This document shows, one piece after another, positions 12,151 through 23,146 of a stretch of 64,000 nt of DNA. The position numbers and the translations under genes are program-made. A model generated the notes under the pieces. The model did no database searches. It saw only the letters and a program-made list of their open reading frames with translations, and was not told the DNA's origin. Positions within the stretch are counted from its first letter, which is position 1. The number at the start of each line of letters is the position of its first letter. This DNA comes from Cycas panzhihuaensis. Taxonomy: Eukaryota > Plantae > Cycadophyta. The DNA lies in NCBI GenBank assembly GCA_023213395.1, contig CM041465.1, forward strand, positions 110,057,741 to 110,121,740, written 5' to 3'.

Positions 12151-12912
12151 TTATCAAAGTGAAAAAGAGAGGAGGAGTGTCAGACTAATTCGGGTCAGCT
12201 AGAGGAAACCTCAAGACTAGACACTTCTGGAAATTAAGCCTATGGTGTCTAGAAGGGAGGTTGGATATGGAGCCCACTAAATGCTCTAATTGAGCCTCAT
12301 CATTCTCAAAGCAATCAATCCCATGGATAGTCTTACTCAACGAGGATGAGGGATGGGGTGAAGGAGGAGTGACAGGCCTATAATGATTAATACACCATTC
12401 TACATAATCTGAGGACTTCTTAGAGGAGTCAGAGGGTATCCTCCTATGTCACTATGTCCTATTACATTGAGAAGGAGGTTAACTAGGACTTGGATCATAA
12501 GTTGTAGAGTTATCATATGAAAAAGGAGACTCCCTATCTTTGTCATCTAGATAGGATGACAAAATTTAGGGGGTGGATAAAGATGAGGTAGGGCAAGAGC
12601 TCATACAAGTAGTGGGAGAAAGTATGTATGGCTCCTAGGATATAGTGGAAGTATCATGATCCACTAAAAGAGTTCTAGGTTAGGGCTCAAGACTAGAAAG
12701 AAGATGAGAGGAACAGCCCCTACAGATGCCAAGGAGAGATATGGGATGAGGAGTTCCTCACACTCATCATTGGACTCGTGGTCACTCATGATAGTGAGGT
12801 GCCCATAACTTCTAACATCAATGTGGGAAAAACAAATTAGATTTAAAGAGGAAAGGAGAGGTTCTCCCTCTACTTTAAGAATGCTAGGGATATCAATTGA
12901 GTAGGTGGTAGA

Positions 12913-13549
12913 TGTTGGGTATTGTGACAACAATCGTTTAAGGCTAAAATTTTGGCATGTTTTTAGCACAGTTTCCCCCCCTAATCTTTCTCGAGGGGTT
13001 CCAAGGGGGGCGGAAGCCCCCCATTACCGGGGGGTGCAGGAGGAGTGGAATACCCCGCGCTAAGAGGGGGTTAAGGGGAGATAGCCCCCGACCTAAAAAA
13101 TTAGCCTTGTAAACCTTATTAAAATGTAAAGAGAATCAGGGTCATTTGATACAAATACCCTAGATTCTATGGTTGAGATTTTGGATGTCCCTCTCATGTA
13201 GCCCATTTTAGGGCTTTTCTTATTATGTTGTATGTAATGTAATGTACTGTGATGAGGGCAGTGGCTGGTTGTTATTCCTGAGAGCACTCTGCTATTGAGA
13301 TGTACTGTTTCTCCATTCTACAGTAAAAAGATCGATACCTTTCCTGTGTGGATGTTTCCCTAGCACACTGCTAGGTTTTACTACATTATATTAGGTGCAT
13401 ATGTGATGTTTAGCTTGTATATTTATGTCATTGCATTATCTCTGATTGTAGAACTTGCATGTTAAATCTTAGTTTTGATTCTTGTAACTAGTTACAAAAT
13501 AGTTTTGATCTTGTGGTGGTTTAAGGTTTGGGACCTTGTATTCTCAACA
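12913..13549. mobile_element. Solo LTR (637 bp, probably copia type) inserted in the PR-RT spacer of A
   Basis: TGTTGG...CTCAACA termini; perfect 5-bp TSD gtaga at 12908-12912 and 13550-13554; no internal domain. Confidence 0.9.
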
Positions 13550-13659
13550 GTAGAGTGGGTGAATGAATCCTTATTACCCTTTGTTGGCTTGCAAGCCACC
13601 TAACATAGTTGATGAGATGACTGGATAGGAGGTGGTTCCCAAAAAATAACTTTCATTCA

Positions 13660-14030
13660 TCCTTCATGGATGAATTTGAGTTGGCCCCAGTAGGATAAAC
13701 ATACAGCTCTAATTTGATCAAGCAATAGGCATCCTAATTAAAGGTTGTAGTCCACATTGACATCGAGGACTATTATATCAGTGAGGACAATTTTGTCCTT
13801 AAGGGTAAGAGGAATGGAAACCAATTCCAAAAGCATCTTTCTGCTACCATCGCAGCTTTAACATCACCATGGGACTAGTTTGAGGGTTGTTATACCCAAT
13901 TCTTGCATTGTGTGTAAGGGCATAGCATTAACAGAAAAACTATTATCTACAACTATCCTTATAAAGGTACACTTAGGAGTGTCTATGGAAATGGTGAAGG
14001 GGTAGTTCCATTGACACTCCCTTTTACTTA
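13660..14030 (-). pseudogene. Aspartic protease region of element A
   Basis: IVVDNSFSVNAMP...VDYNL*LGCLLLDQI; aligns with DNGS.VNAM...YNLLLG.PWL in B and D. Confidence 0.75.
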
Positions 14031-14689
14031 TGAGTGGGAGATCTTTACAGTTAAAAGTAATAAGGGGCTCTTAGTTTTGGGCAACACCCAAAGCATTGAT
14101 AGGAATATCAGTTTGCCCCAAAGCTTCAAGAAGAAGGGTGCGTTACTCAGGGCAACTCTATAAGATATCCATCATGGATATTCTTGTAGGCATAATATGG
14201 ATCTCATTAACTATAAAGAATGACTTCTCATTCCCGATAGGTTTGGGAAGCACCCTTCAAAAGTCATAGTGCCTAGGGTGAATGGGAATGGTCTTAGGTA
14301 CAATAGGGATCTTAGAGGGTGGATTATCTACAAGAAGGTTTTGTTAGAAAGTGAAGGCCCCATCGGCCTCCCTATCCACTTGAGACCTTGTGATCAGGTA
14401 CAAATGGGTGGTCTCAAGCATCTAAATAATTCTCATCCCCTTATTTTAGGGTTAAAAAGATGAGGAAGAATGGGGACAAGAACCACTAGAAGAAGATAAA
14501 TCTCTTATCCCCTTCTCCTTTATTTATTTAGGAATAGGGTTAGGGGATCATCCTATGTTCCTTATCCCTCTATCTTGAGTGGATTGATCCCATTCCCTAT
14601 ATTTATTTAGGGAAAGGATCATGATGAATGGGTTGGTCTAAGTTATGCCTAAATGCCTATTTAGGAGAAGAATCACATCGTGGAGTAAG

Positions 14690-16830
14690 CTTTGGGTGTT
14701 ATACCCAACACTATAAATCTTCATAAAGGTACTCACCATGGACGGAGTAATATTTCTCCTTAGAGGAGTGTTTAGTTCTCCTAGCTTGAGAAGTTTAGGT
14801 ATTTTTTCCTTTGAGTGGCATAGCTTAAGATGCCTGATGGATAGGCTTATGAGAATTCGAGGGAAATTGGGAAGGTTGGAGCTTAATCTCTTCTATTGTA
14901 CGTTTAAATGAATGTATGGTAGATATTAAGGAGTCTAAGGTCCTCTCCATTGTGTGGGTAGGGGGCTTTGGAGGTTGTTGGGGTCATTGGTAGCATGATG
15001 AAGGAGGTGCCTTGCATCGTTGCAATGACCTAAGAGGCTTTTTAAGACCTACTTAAATCTCAATAGCCTCGAGCACCAAGCATTTTACTATGGCATACTT
15101 ACATGTTGTTGCCTCCATTTTAAGGACTTTGATGTAGAATTTAGGATGGATAGTATTCATAAATATATCCATCTTCAATTCCTTGGGCAATATGGCCTTT
15201 ATAGAATGGAGGAGGTCATGAAAACTCCTCACAAAGTCATGATTCATTTCATCATGACCATGCTTCAGGGAGAGTAGGTCCTTGATCCCACTCTCGAAAG
15301 GGAAATCTATGTCAAAGTAGTTAACAAACTCATCCATAAGCTATTGGAAGGAGTGGATAGAATGGGTATGGAGATAGTAAAACCATTTAAGGATTTATCG
15401 ATACAAAGAGTGAGGAAATAACTTCATCAAGATGTGGTCATAAGCCCAATAGTCAATGCATGCCATGGAGAAATTCTTGACATGCTTAGTTAGGTCTTGC
15501 AATGAAGTACCATTGAATTTGGGCACCTTAGGAGGGTAAGGCATCAAGTTTATCTTGAGCACCTCAATCGATAGTGGGGTTGACCTATAGTCAACAAAAA
15601 TATGAACCCTCAATTGAGCTATAGGGTTAACTAAAGGCATGGAAGGAGATAGATACATATACCCAATTTGTCCTTGAGGAGTTTGAGAATATGAGGAATA
15701 CATATTCCCACCTACTTAGTAAGAAGGATTCATTCCCATTTGAGGGAAGCTCTGATAGGATGGGGGTGAGTGAGATAGGCCCACTCCACCTTGAGGGTAT
15801 GTCCCTTTTTTGGAGGACATATGAGAATAAGGGTCTTAAGGAGGGATGGATCCCCCTCAAGAAGGTATCATATATAGAGTTGAACATGAAGATGAAGAAA
15901 GTAGGTGAGGTATGGGGTTTTGCCCATATAGGCCACCTATAGGAGGTGTAACTCCATAAGGGTATAGTGAATCTACCCTACACACTGGAAGAGAGTTTTC
16001 CCTTCCATACCTCTAAAGTTGGGATATACACCCTGGAGGCATGTAAAGGGAAGGGTCCATTAGTTGTGGATGAGGATGCACAGGGATGGGTCCTATATGG
16101 CCTAAAGGTTGGGGATATGAGGGTCCCCTCGATTATATGAGACGAGCATGAACCACAATCAGTTAATGTGTGGTTGCCTAATTTGGGAGGCACATGGTTA
16201 ACCCAATTTGGGATTTGAGTGTGCCCTAAATAGCCCCTTAGATATGGGGGACATGTGAAGAAGCAGAAACAATAAGAGAAAGTCCTATCATGGCTATGGA
16301 TAGTGGTTGAGATGAAATATAAGGTGCAAATATGGAAGAGGATGGCACCATACTATGAAGGATGCTCTCTAGCCACTTCGAAGGAAGTTAGGCATTCATA
16401 GCTTGAAAGCATTACTATAATGCATCTACTACATCTATAGGGGGGGTCTTGCTTGTTCATATGAGGTGGATAACTCCTTGTGTGGAGCAGGACCTATAGG
16501 TTGGTCCTCATAGGGATTGTCACCAGAGTGATAGTATTCCATAGAGGTAGATGCACCTACATCATGTGTAGAGAACTAGTGAAAATTTAGGTGCTCTTAG
16601 TCACTGTGATAGAAAATAGTATTGCCCCCCTCTTGGGTAGGATCTTGGAGGGAGGTTAAAGTTTAACCTTAGGTTTTAGAGATGTAGGTATGGTATGCTC
16701 ACTCTAATGGGTATCCCTCCATTGTTGATTTAGAATCAAATAAGGGGATGGAGGAATATGAAGACTCGTTCGAGATAGGGGGAAAACCTTGCAAGTGACA
16801 AGAGAAACATCATATTCACATCTCGCCTAA
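14690..16830 (-). pseudogene. gag: gag (retrotrans_gag) with a long N-terminal Pro/Ser-rich extension, element A
   Basis: ORFs 15053 and 15395 (PKFNGTSLQDLTKHVKNF..ILMKLFPHSL); homologous to B 25940-27700 and D 58200-60000. Confidence 0.8.
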
Positions 16831-16963
16831 AAGTCATGAAAGAATGAGCAAAAATACAATGATGGAAGCGTTAGGGGTTACCCAACGAACCTAGGAGGTA
16901 TGGAAAGAAAAGAAGGAGGCTAACGCTAATACAAAGGGAGCTATGGTTCTCTGTTATTGGCAA

Positions 16964-16981
16964 TCCCTAATATGGTCACCA
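16964..16981 (-). other. Primer binding site of A (TGGCGACCA type, probably tRNA-Arg)
   Basis: - strand tggtgaccatattaggga next to the LTR end; equivalent sites at 25779 and 57997. Confidence 0.7.
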
Positions 16982-16982
16982 A

Positions 16983-17303
16983 TGGAAGCATGCCTATGGG
17001 GGGTCACTATAGATGAGGTACTCCAGATAAATAATAAGGTTACAAAAGGGGTCCAGAGATCCTAAGGAAAGATAAATCACCCTCAAAGGGGCATCCACAT
17101 GTCAGAATGTAGGTTTGAGGACCTGCAACTCATGCATTATCCTCCTCTTTCCCTTAAATACCTCTCTCAATTTGAGTAGGGAAATGAGGCATCTTTGAGC
17201 TACCAAATAGATTAAATAGATCTGTCTTATCCTTAAAGGGAGAGAAGGGGAGCTAGATCTCCTTTTAGAAAAGGAGACAAGTAAAGAAGGAGTGGTATGA
17301 TAT
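16983..17303 (-). repeat. 5' LTR of A, U5-side piece (interrupted by element B)
   Basis: Aligns with 1107-1425. Confidence 0.88.
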
Positions 17304-17334
17304 TGTTTCCCAGATACTAGGAATAGGTATGGAC

Positions 17335-17544
17335 TGTTAAAAAATAATGCACATTAGTCAACTTATAAGATTCATATTTTACAATATTATTAGTGGCAGT
17401 TGGTTTCCATTATACTCGTGAATTTATGAGTATTTAAATACTTTATATTTTATATTTTTGAGTAATTTGGAAGTGAAAGGTATCTCACGATACCGTTGTC
17501 AATCCTGGTGTTGTCGCTAGTTGATAGAATTTCAGAATCCTACA
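17335..17544 (+). repeat. 5' LTR of copia-1
   Basis: Ungapped match to 22932-23141 with 19 mismatches. Confidence 0.97.
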
Positions 17545-17556
17545 TGGGATCAGAGC
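17545..17556 (+). other. PBS (tRNA-iMet) of copia-1
   Basis: tgggatcagagc vs canonical tggtatcagagc. Confidence 0.9.
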
Positions 17557-18034
17557 AAGGTTCAAAAATCTTAGTGGAATATGCGAAATCTGATGTAAGA
17601 TTGATAGCCATCGATACTGCCCATGTTTTTCTACTTCGGCCCAATCAAAGGTACTTATCATCAACAAACTCTGTTTATTTCTTATTTTATTTTCTTATCT
17701 ATATCTCTTGATTCTGCTAAAATTACTTCAAAATTTTTATATCAACTATTCGACTGTGTTTGTATTCAATTTTTTCTCTGCCTTGAAGTCACTTAGCTTG
17801 TATTTCCATATTTATCAGTCTTCCATAGGCCTGTAGGCATCTGTGCAGACATGAATGTTTGGTGTCTATTGTAACGACTGCTATTTTTTTGTTAATTAAA
17901 CTTCCATACAGTCTTTACGCTAATAATTACTGTACATATCTTCTGCATCGCCTTTAATCAGTATTCGCTCTTTGAGAAACCCTTGAAGTCACTATCCTTT
18001 ATCTCACAGATGTGTCTCGCTTTTATGGGTCGTG

Positions 18035-18240
18035 ATTCCACTTTATTCTTACTTCTGTTGTTAATTCCTCGAACTTGGAGAAAGGGTCTCTGTTTGTTGA
18101 TCCTGGTATTCCTGCTATTAATTCCTCGAACTATTTGTTATTCCACTTTGTTCTTATTTTTGCTATTAATTCCTCAAACTTGGAGAAAGGGTCTCTTTTT
18201 GTCGATCCTAGTATTCCTGTTGTTAATTCCTCGAACTCTT
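18035..18240 (+). repeat. Tandem repeat (105-bp dimer, core ttaattcctcgaact x4) in the copia-1 5' UTR
   Basis: Core at 18061, 18118, 18166 and 18223. Confidence 0.9.
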
Positions 18241-18834
18241 GACCTCAGGATGTATTAATCGATTCTATTTTGTTCTTCATACCTGCATCATTGTAACTCA
18301 TTTCATTCATGCCTATCGATGTATTAATTGATTCCCGTATCGATTCGTTATTTCAATTACGTGCTTTGATTATTGCACTGTGAATCGCCTTGATTATGAT
18401 GACTTTTGCTTTGTCACTTTTGCCTTTTATTATTATAACTTATGAATCTTTTACGTTGTTAATCGCCTTGATTACGTCAATTTTGCATTGTCATTTTTGG
18501 CTTTTATCATTATAACTTGTGAGTCTTGGACATATTTCTTCCATTATATTGATTTTCCTTTTTGACTAAGTATTACTTTGAAGGGTATTATTAATCTAAG
18601 TTGCATCTTACTTTTTAAACCTTGAAATATTTTGAATATTGATTTCTTGATTTGTCTTTAAATATTGACTTGGCTTTATATTTTAAATATTGATTCCTTG
18701 ATTTGTCTTTTTAAACCTTGGAATATTTTGAATAGTGATCCCTACAATTTTTGCCCATCCTCCTCTTAGCCATAGTATCTTTCCTTCTTCCTAGACAATC
18801 ATTGACTACTTTTTGGGCTTGGAAGCAAGAAACC

Positions 18835-21800
18835 ATGGTTGTGTATCAAATTGGACAATCAGTACCTAAATTCAATGGATCTGATTATTTGCCTTGGTCA
18901 AGGCAAGTTCAAGTTATCTTACAATCAAAGGGTTTGTGGAACATTATCTCTCATGGACTTACTCTACCTCAACCAACCCCACCCAACACGAAATTAACAC
19001 CTAATCAGGAACTGGAAAAGGAAGAGCTGTTAAAGAAAGACAATGATGCACTTTCACTTATTTACTTGTCTGTAGATGAACATATTTTTCCTTGCATATA
19101 TGGAGCTACTACCTCTCATGAAGCTTGGAATATCTTAAAGACTGGTTATGAAGGATCTATACCTTAAAGACTTTAAAATCTGAGATTAAACTATGAAAAT
19201 TTAAGGATGATGCCTTTATATTCAATCAATGAATTCATTACAAAGATGTAAGATCTAGTCAATCAAATGGTTTATTTAGGTGAATAGATTTCTGAACAGA
19301 GAATGGTTGAGAAAATATTGAGAAGTGTGAGTGAAATCAGTAAATTTGAAAACATTACAACTATCATTGAAGTTACTAAGGACTTTCCTACTTTAAAGAT
19401 TGATCAATTGTTGTCTATATTACTCAATGTGGAAGAGAAATATAAAAGTAAGGCTACAAATGAAGAATTAGATCAAGCCTTTGCGTCAACTTCTAACTTA
19501 AGGTTGAATCAATCTCAAGAAGCAAATGTTCAATGAAATCGTCAGTTCACAAGAGGAAAATCAAGAGGATCCTACCAAGGAAGAAGTTGGAATGTGTCAG
19601 GTACAAATCAAGGAAGAGGTTGGAATTCTATAGGGTCAAGTCATGGAAGAGGTTAGAATTCTATAGGGCCAAGTCAAGGAAGAGGTTGGAACTCTTTACC
19701 TTTAGGTAGTGGTGCGTCTCAAGGAAGGGGTAGAGGTTATGGTCCACAATGCTATCAATGTGGGAAATTTGGACACTGGGCTAGAAACTGTTTTTCAACA
19801 AACATGATTACAGATACCTAAGATAATTCTCCTAAAGGTGAGAGTTTATTCTACATTAGTTTAATGGAAAATTCCTTGATAAATGATGAATGGTTTATTG
19901 ACTCTGGATCCTCAACACATATGACTTATAATACTGAATCCTTTTCAAAAATTAATAAGGATCAGAAAGGGAAAGTTATATTTGGAGATGACAATACCCA
20001 AGAAGTTGAGGGAAGGGGAATAGTCTCTATTAAAATAAATGATGGAGAAAACAAGGATATTCACAATGTTTTACTTGTTCCAGGATTAAATAAAAATATG
20101 TTGTCAGTTGGGCAAATGATGGAACAAAGATACAGGTTAGTATTTGATGATGGGGAATGCAAGATTTATGATAAGAAAAGAAATTTTTCGTTGATTGCTA
20201 AGGGGAAAATGACTGAAGATAGATTGTTTAAATTAGCTCTATGTCCCCAAAATGCTGCTTTGAATGCATCAGTTAATGATGATAGTATTCTTTGGCATCT
20301 TCATTATGGACACTTGAACTATGGAAAACTTATCAACCTGAGAGAGAAAGGCATGGTTAGTGGTCTCACTTTTATTCAAAGCAACAATGATGTTTGTGAA
20401 GGATGTATTTTTGGAAAACATCATAGAAACAATTTTCTTGAATCTAGTTTTCAATCTCAAGCTCCATTGGAATTAGTTCATGTTGATTTATGTGGACCCA
20501 TGAAGAATGCATCACATGGAAAAGCAAGATATTTCATGATTTTGGTTGATGATTTCACAAGAAAGATTTGGGTTTACTTTCTTAAAGAAAAATTAGAAAC
20601 ATTCTTGAAATTTGTAGAATTCAGAGCTATGTCTGAAAGATAAAGTGGATTCAGAATAAAAGTTCCTCATTCAGATAATGGGGGAGAATTTATCTCTAAT
20701 GACTTTAAGGATTTCTGCAACAAATTCAGAATAAGAGGACAGTTTATAACTCCTTATACTCCCCAGCAAAATGGTGTGGCTAAAAGGAAAATAAGGACAA
20801 GCTATTAAATGGCAAGAAGTATGCTAAAAGGTAAAAAATTAAATGACTCTTTTTGGGGTGAAGCAATAAATACTGCCGTGTATTTACTAAATAGAAGTCC
20901 AACCAAGGCATTGAAGGATATGACTCCAGAAGAAGCATGGGTAGGTAAGAGGCCTGATGTAAGCAATTTAAGAGTGTTTGGTTATGTTGCTTATGCCCAT
21001 ATTCCTTATCAGAAAAGAACAAAATTGGAAAGCAAAAGCATTAAGTGTATCTTTATAGGCTATTCAGGTGAGCAAAAGGCCTATACACTTTATGATCCAA
21101 TTGCAAAGGTTTTCTTTATGAGTAGAGATGTTATTTTTGATGAACATGGTGAATATAAGGGTGAGGATGATAAAGGTAAGGAAATTTTAATTGAGATTAG
21201 TACCTCAGAAAGGAAGACAGATACAAACTCGATTGAAGATTCAAGCTCAAGTCAACAACAAGGATAGGATCCAAAATGGCTTACGAGAAGCCATAACCCT
21301 AAGAATATTTTAGATTATGACTTTAACAAAAGATTCATAAGATCACAAGCTAAGGTAAACTATGCTCTAATGTCTCAAGTGATGTAGAAAGATGAACCTC
21401 AAACTTTTGAGGAAGCTACAAAAAGTAATGAGTGGACTCAAGCAATGGAAGCAGAAATTGATGCCATAAATTGGAACAAGACATGGGATGTGGTTGAATT
21501 ACTACCAGGTAAGAATGTTATTAGAACCAAATGGATATATAAGACTAAAGACAAAGTGGATGGTACTATTGATAAGTATAAAGCAAGACTAGTCGCAAAG
21601 GGCTATGCTCAACAACAAGATGTAAATTATGAAGAAACCTTTGCTCCAATTACTAAGATGACTACCATTAGGTGTATCTTATCTCCTGCTACTCATCTTG
21701 GTTGGAAGATCTATCAAATGGATGTAAAATCATCCTTTCTCAATGGTTTTTTTGATGAAGAAATTTATGTCCCTCAACCTCAAGGTTTTGAAGTTAAGGG

Positions 21801-22930
21801 ACATGAACATTTGGTGTGTAGACTCAAAAAGGCTTTATATGGACTAAAACAAGCACCACAAGCTTGGTATGCAAGGATTAACAAATATCTTTAGGATAAA
21901 GGTTTCCAAAGAAGTAATTCAGATTTAAATATTTACATTAAGACTTCCAATGACTCTATTTTGATTGTAGCAGTGTATGTTGATTATTTAATTTACACTG
22001 GTAACAATGATGAGTTACTTCAAGAATTTAAAAGAGATATGAATTCTGAATTTGAGATGACAGACTTGGGATAATTACATTATTTCCTTGGAATTGAAGT
22101 ATGGCAGGATAATAATGGAATATATATGTCTCAAAGCAAATATTCTATGAATATCTTAAGGAAATTCAACATGAACAATTGTAATTCCTGTGCCACTCCC
22201 ATTGAAGTTGGATTAAAGCTAAGCAAGCATGAAGAATCTATATCAGTTGACCCCACTCTATATTGTCAGCTAATTAGAAACCTCATGTACCTTACTAATA
22301 CAAGACCAGACATAACATATGCTGTTAACCTAACCTCAAGGTTCATGGCAAATCCTAAGCAAGAACATTGGAATGATACTAAGAGAATTCTCAGGTACAT
22401 TAAGGGAACAATTGATCGTGTTCTCCTTTACAACTCTTCAAATAAATGCATCCTGATTGGCTATTCTAATGCAGATTGGGCTAATGATATGGAAGATAGG
22501 AAATCTATCACAGGTTATATTTTCAACATTGGTTCAGGTGAAATATCTTGGAATACAAAGAAATAACCCACTATGTCATTATCCATAATAGAAGGTAATA
22601 TATATAAAATTGGCGACAAGTCGAGAAGCTATTTAGATTAGAAGACTACTTAAAGATCTACATCAAGTGTAAAGCGATCCTACGAGAATTCATTGTGACA
22701 ATCAAAGCATAATACAAATGTCAAAGAATCTAGTATTACATGCAATAACAAATCATATTAAGATTAAACATCACTACATTCGAGAGCTAGTTCAAGAAGG
22801 ACAGATTGAACTTGTACATTGCAGAACAGAAGATCAAATTACTGATATATTTACAAAGGCTCTACCAAGGATCAAGCATTACAAGCTTAAGGAAGGATTA
22901 GGAATTTTCCAAAATGTGCATTATGGGGGA
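18835..22930 (+). pseudogene. copia-1 gag-pol polyprotein, inactivated
   Basis: Single frame from ATG 18835 to about 22600, then a frameshift. Motifs: PKFNGSDY..W, CYQCGKFGHWARNC (19750-19791), WFIDSG, LELVHVDLCGP, YKARLVAKGY, QMDVKS.FLNG, YVDY (dead YVDD), QITDIFTKAL. Many in-frame stops. Confidence 0.96.
19576..19734 (+). repeat. In-frame 33-bp repeat (QGRGWNSIGSS-like) in copia-1 Gag
   Basis: Units start at 19576, 19609, 19642 and 19675, with a partial unit at 19720. Confidence 0.92.
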
Positions 22931-22931
22931 G

Positions 22932-23141
22932 TGTTAGAAAATAATGCACATTAGTTGGCTTACAAGATTCATATTTTACAATATTATTAGTGGTAGTCAG
23001 TTTCCGTTATACTCATGAATTTATGAGTATTTAAATACTTTGTATTTTATATTTTTGAGTAATTTGGAAGTGAAAGGTATCTCACGATACCATTGTTGAT
23101 CTTGGTGTTATCACTGGTTGATAAAATTTCAGAATCCTACA
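22932..23141 (+). repeat. 3' LTR of copia-1 (preceded by PPT gggggag at 22925-22931)
   Basis: Matches 17335-17544. Confidence 0.97.
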
Positions 23142-23146
23142 TGGAC

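Larger units (their letters stand above)
17335..23141 (+). mobile_element. Ty1/copia element copia-1 (Ivana/Ale-like, structurally complete)
   Basis: 210-bp TG...CA LTRs, perfect TSD tggac (17330-17334, 23142-23146), PBS, PPT, gag-PR-INT-RT-RH order. Confidence 0.97.

Noticed and set aside
17983-18258. Hydrophobic 91-aa ORF, and a CRISPR-like look of the repeats
   Set aside because: Product of a T-rich tandem repeat in a copia leader. The spacers are themselves repeated, the context is eukaryotic and there are no cas genes.
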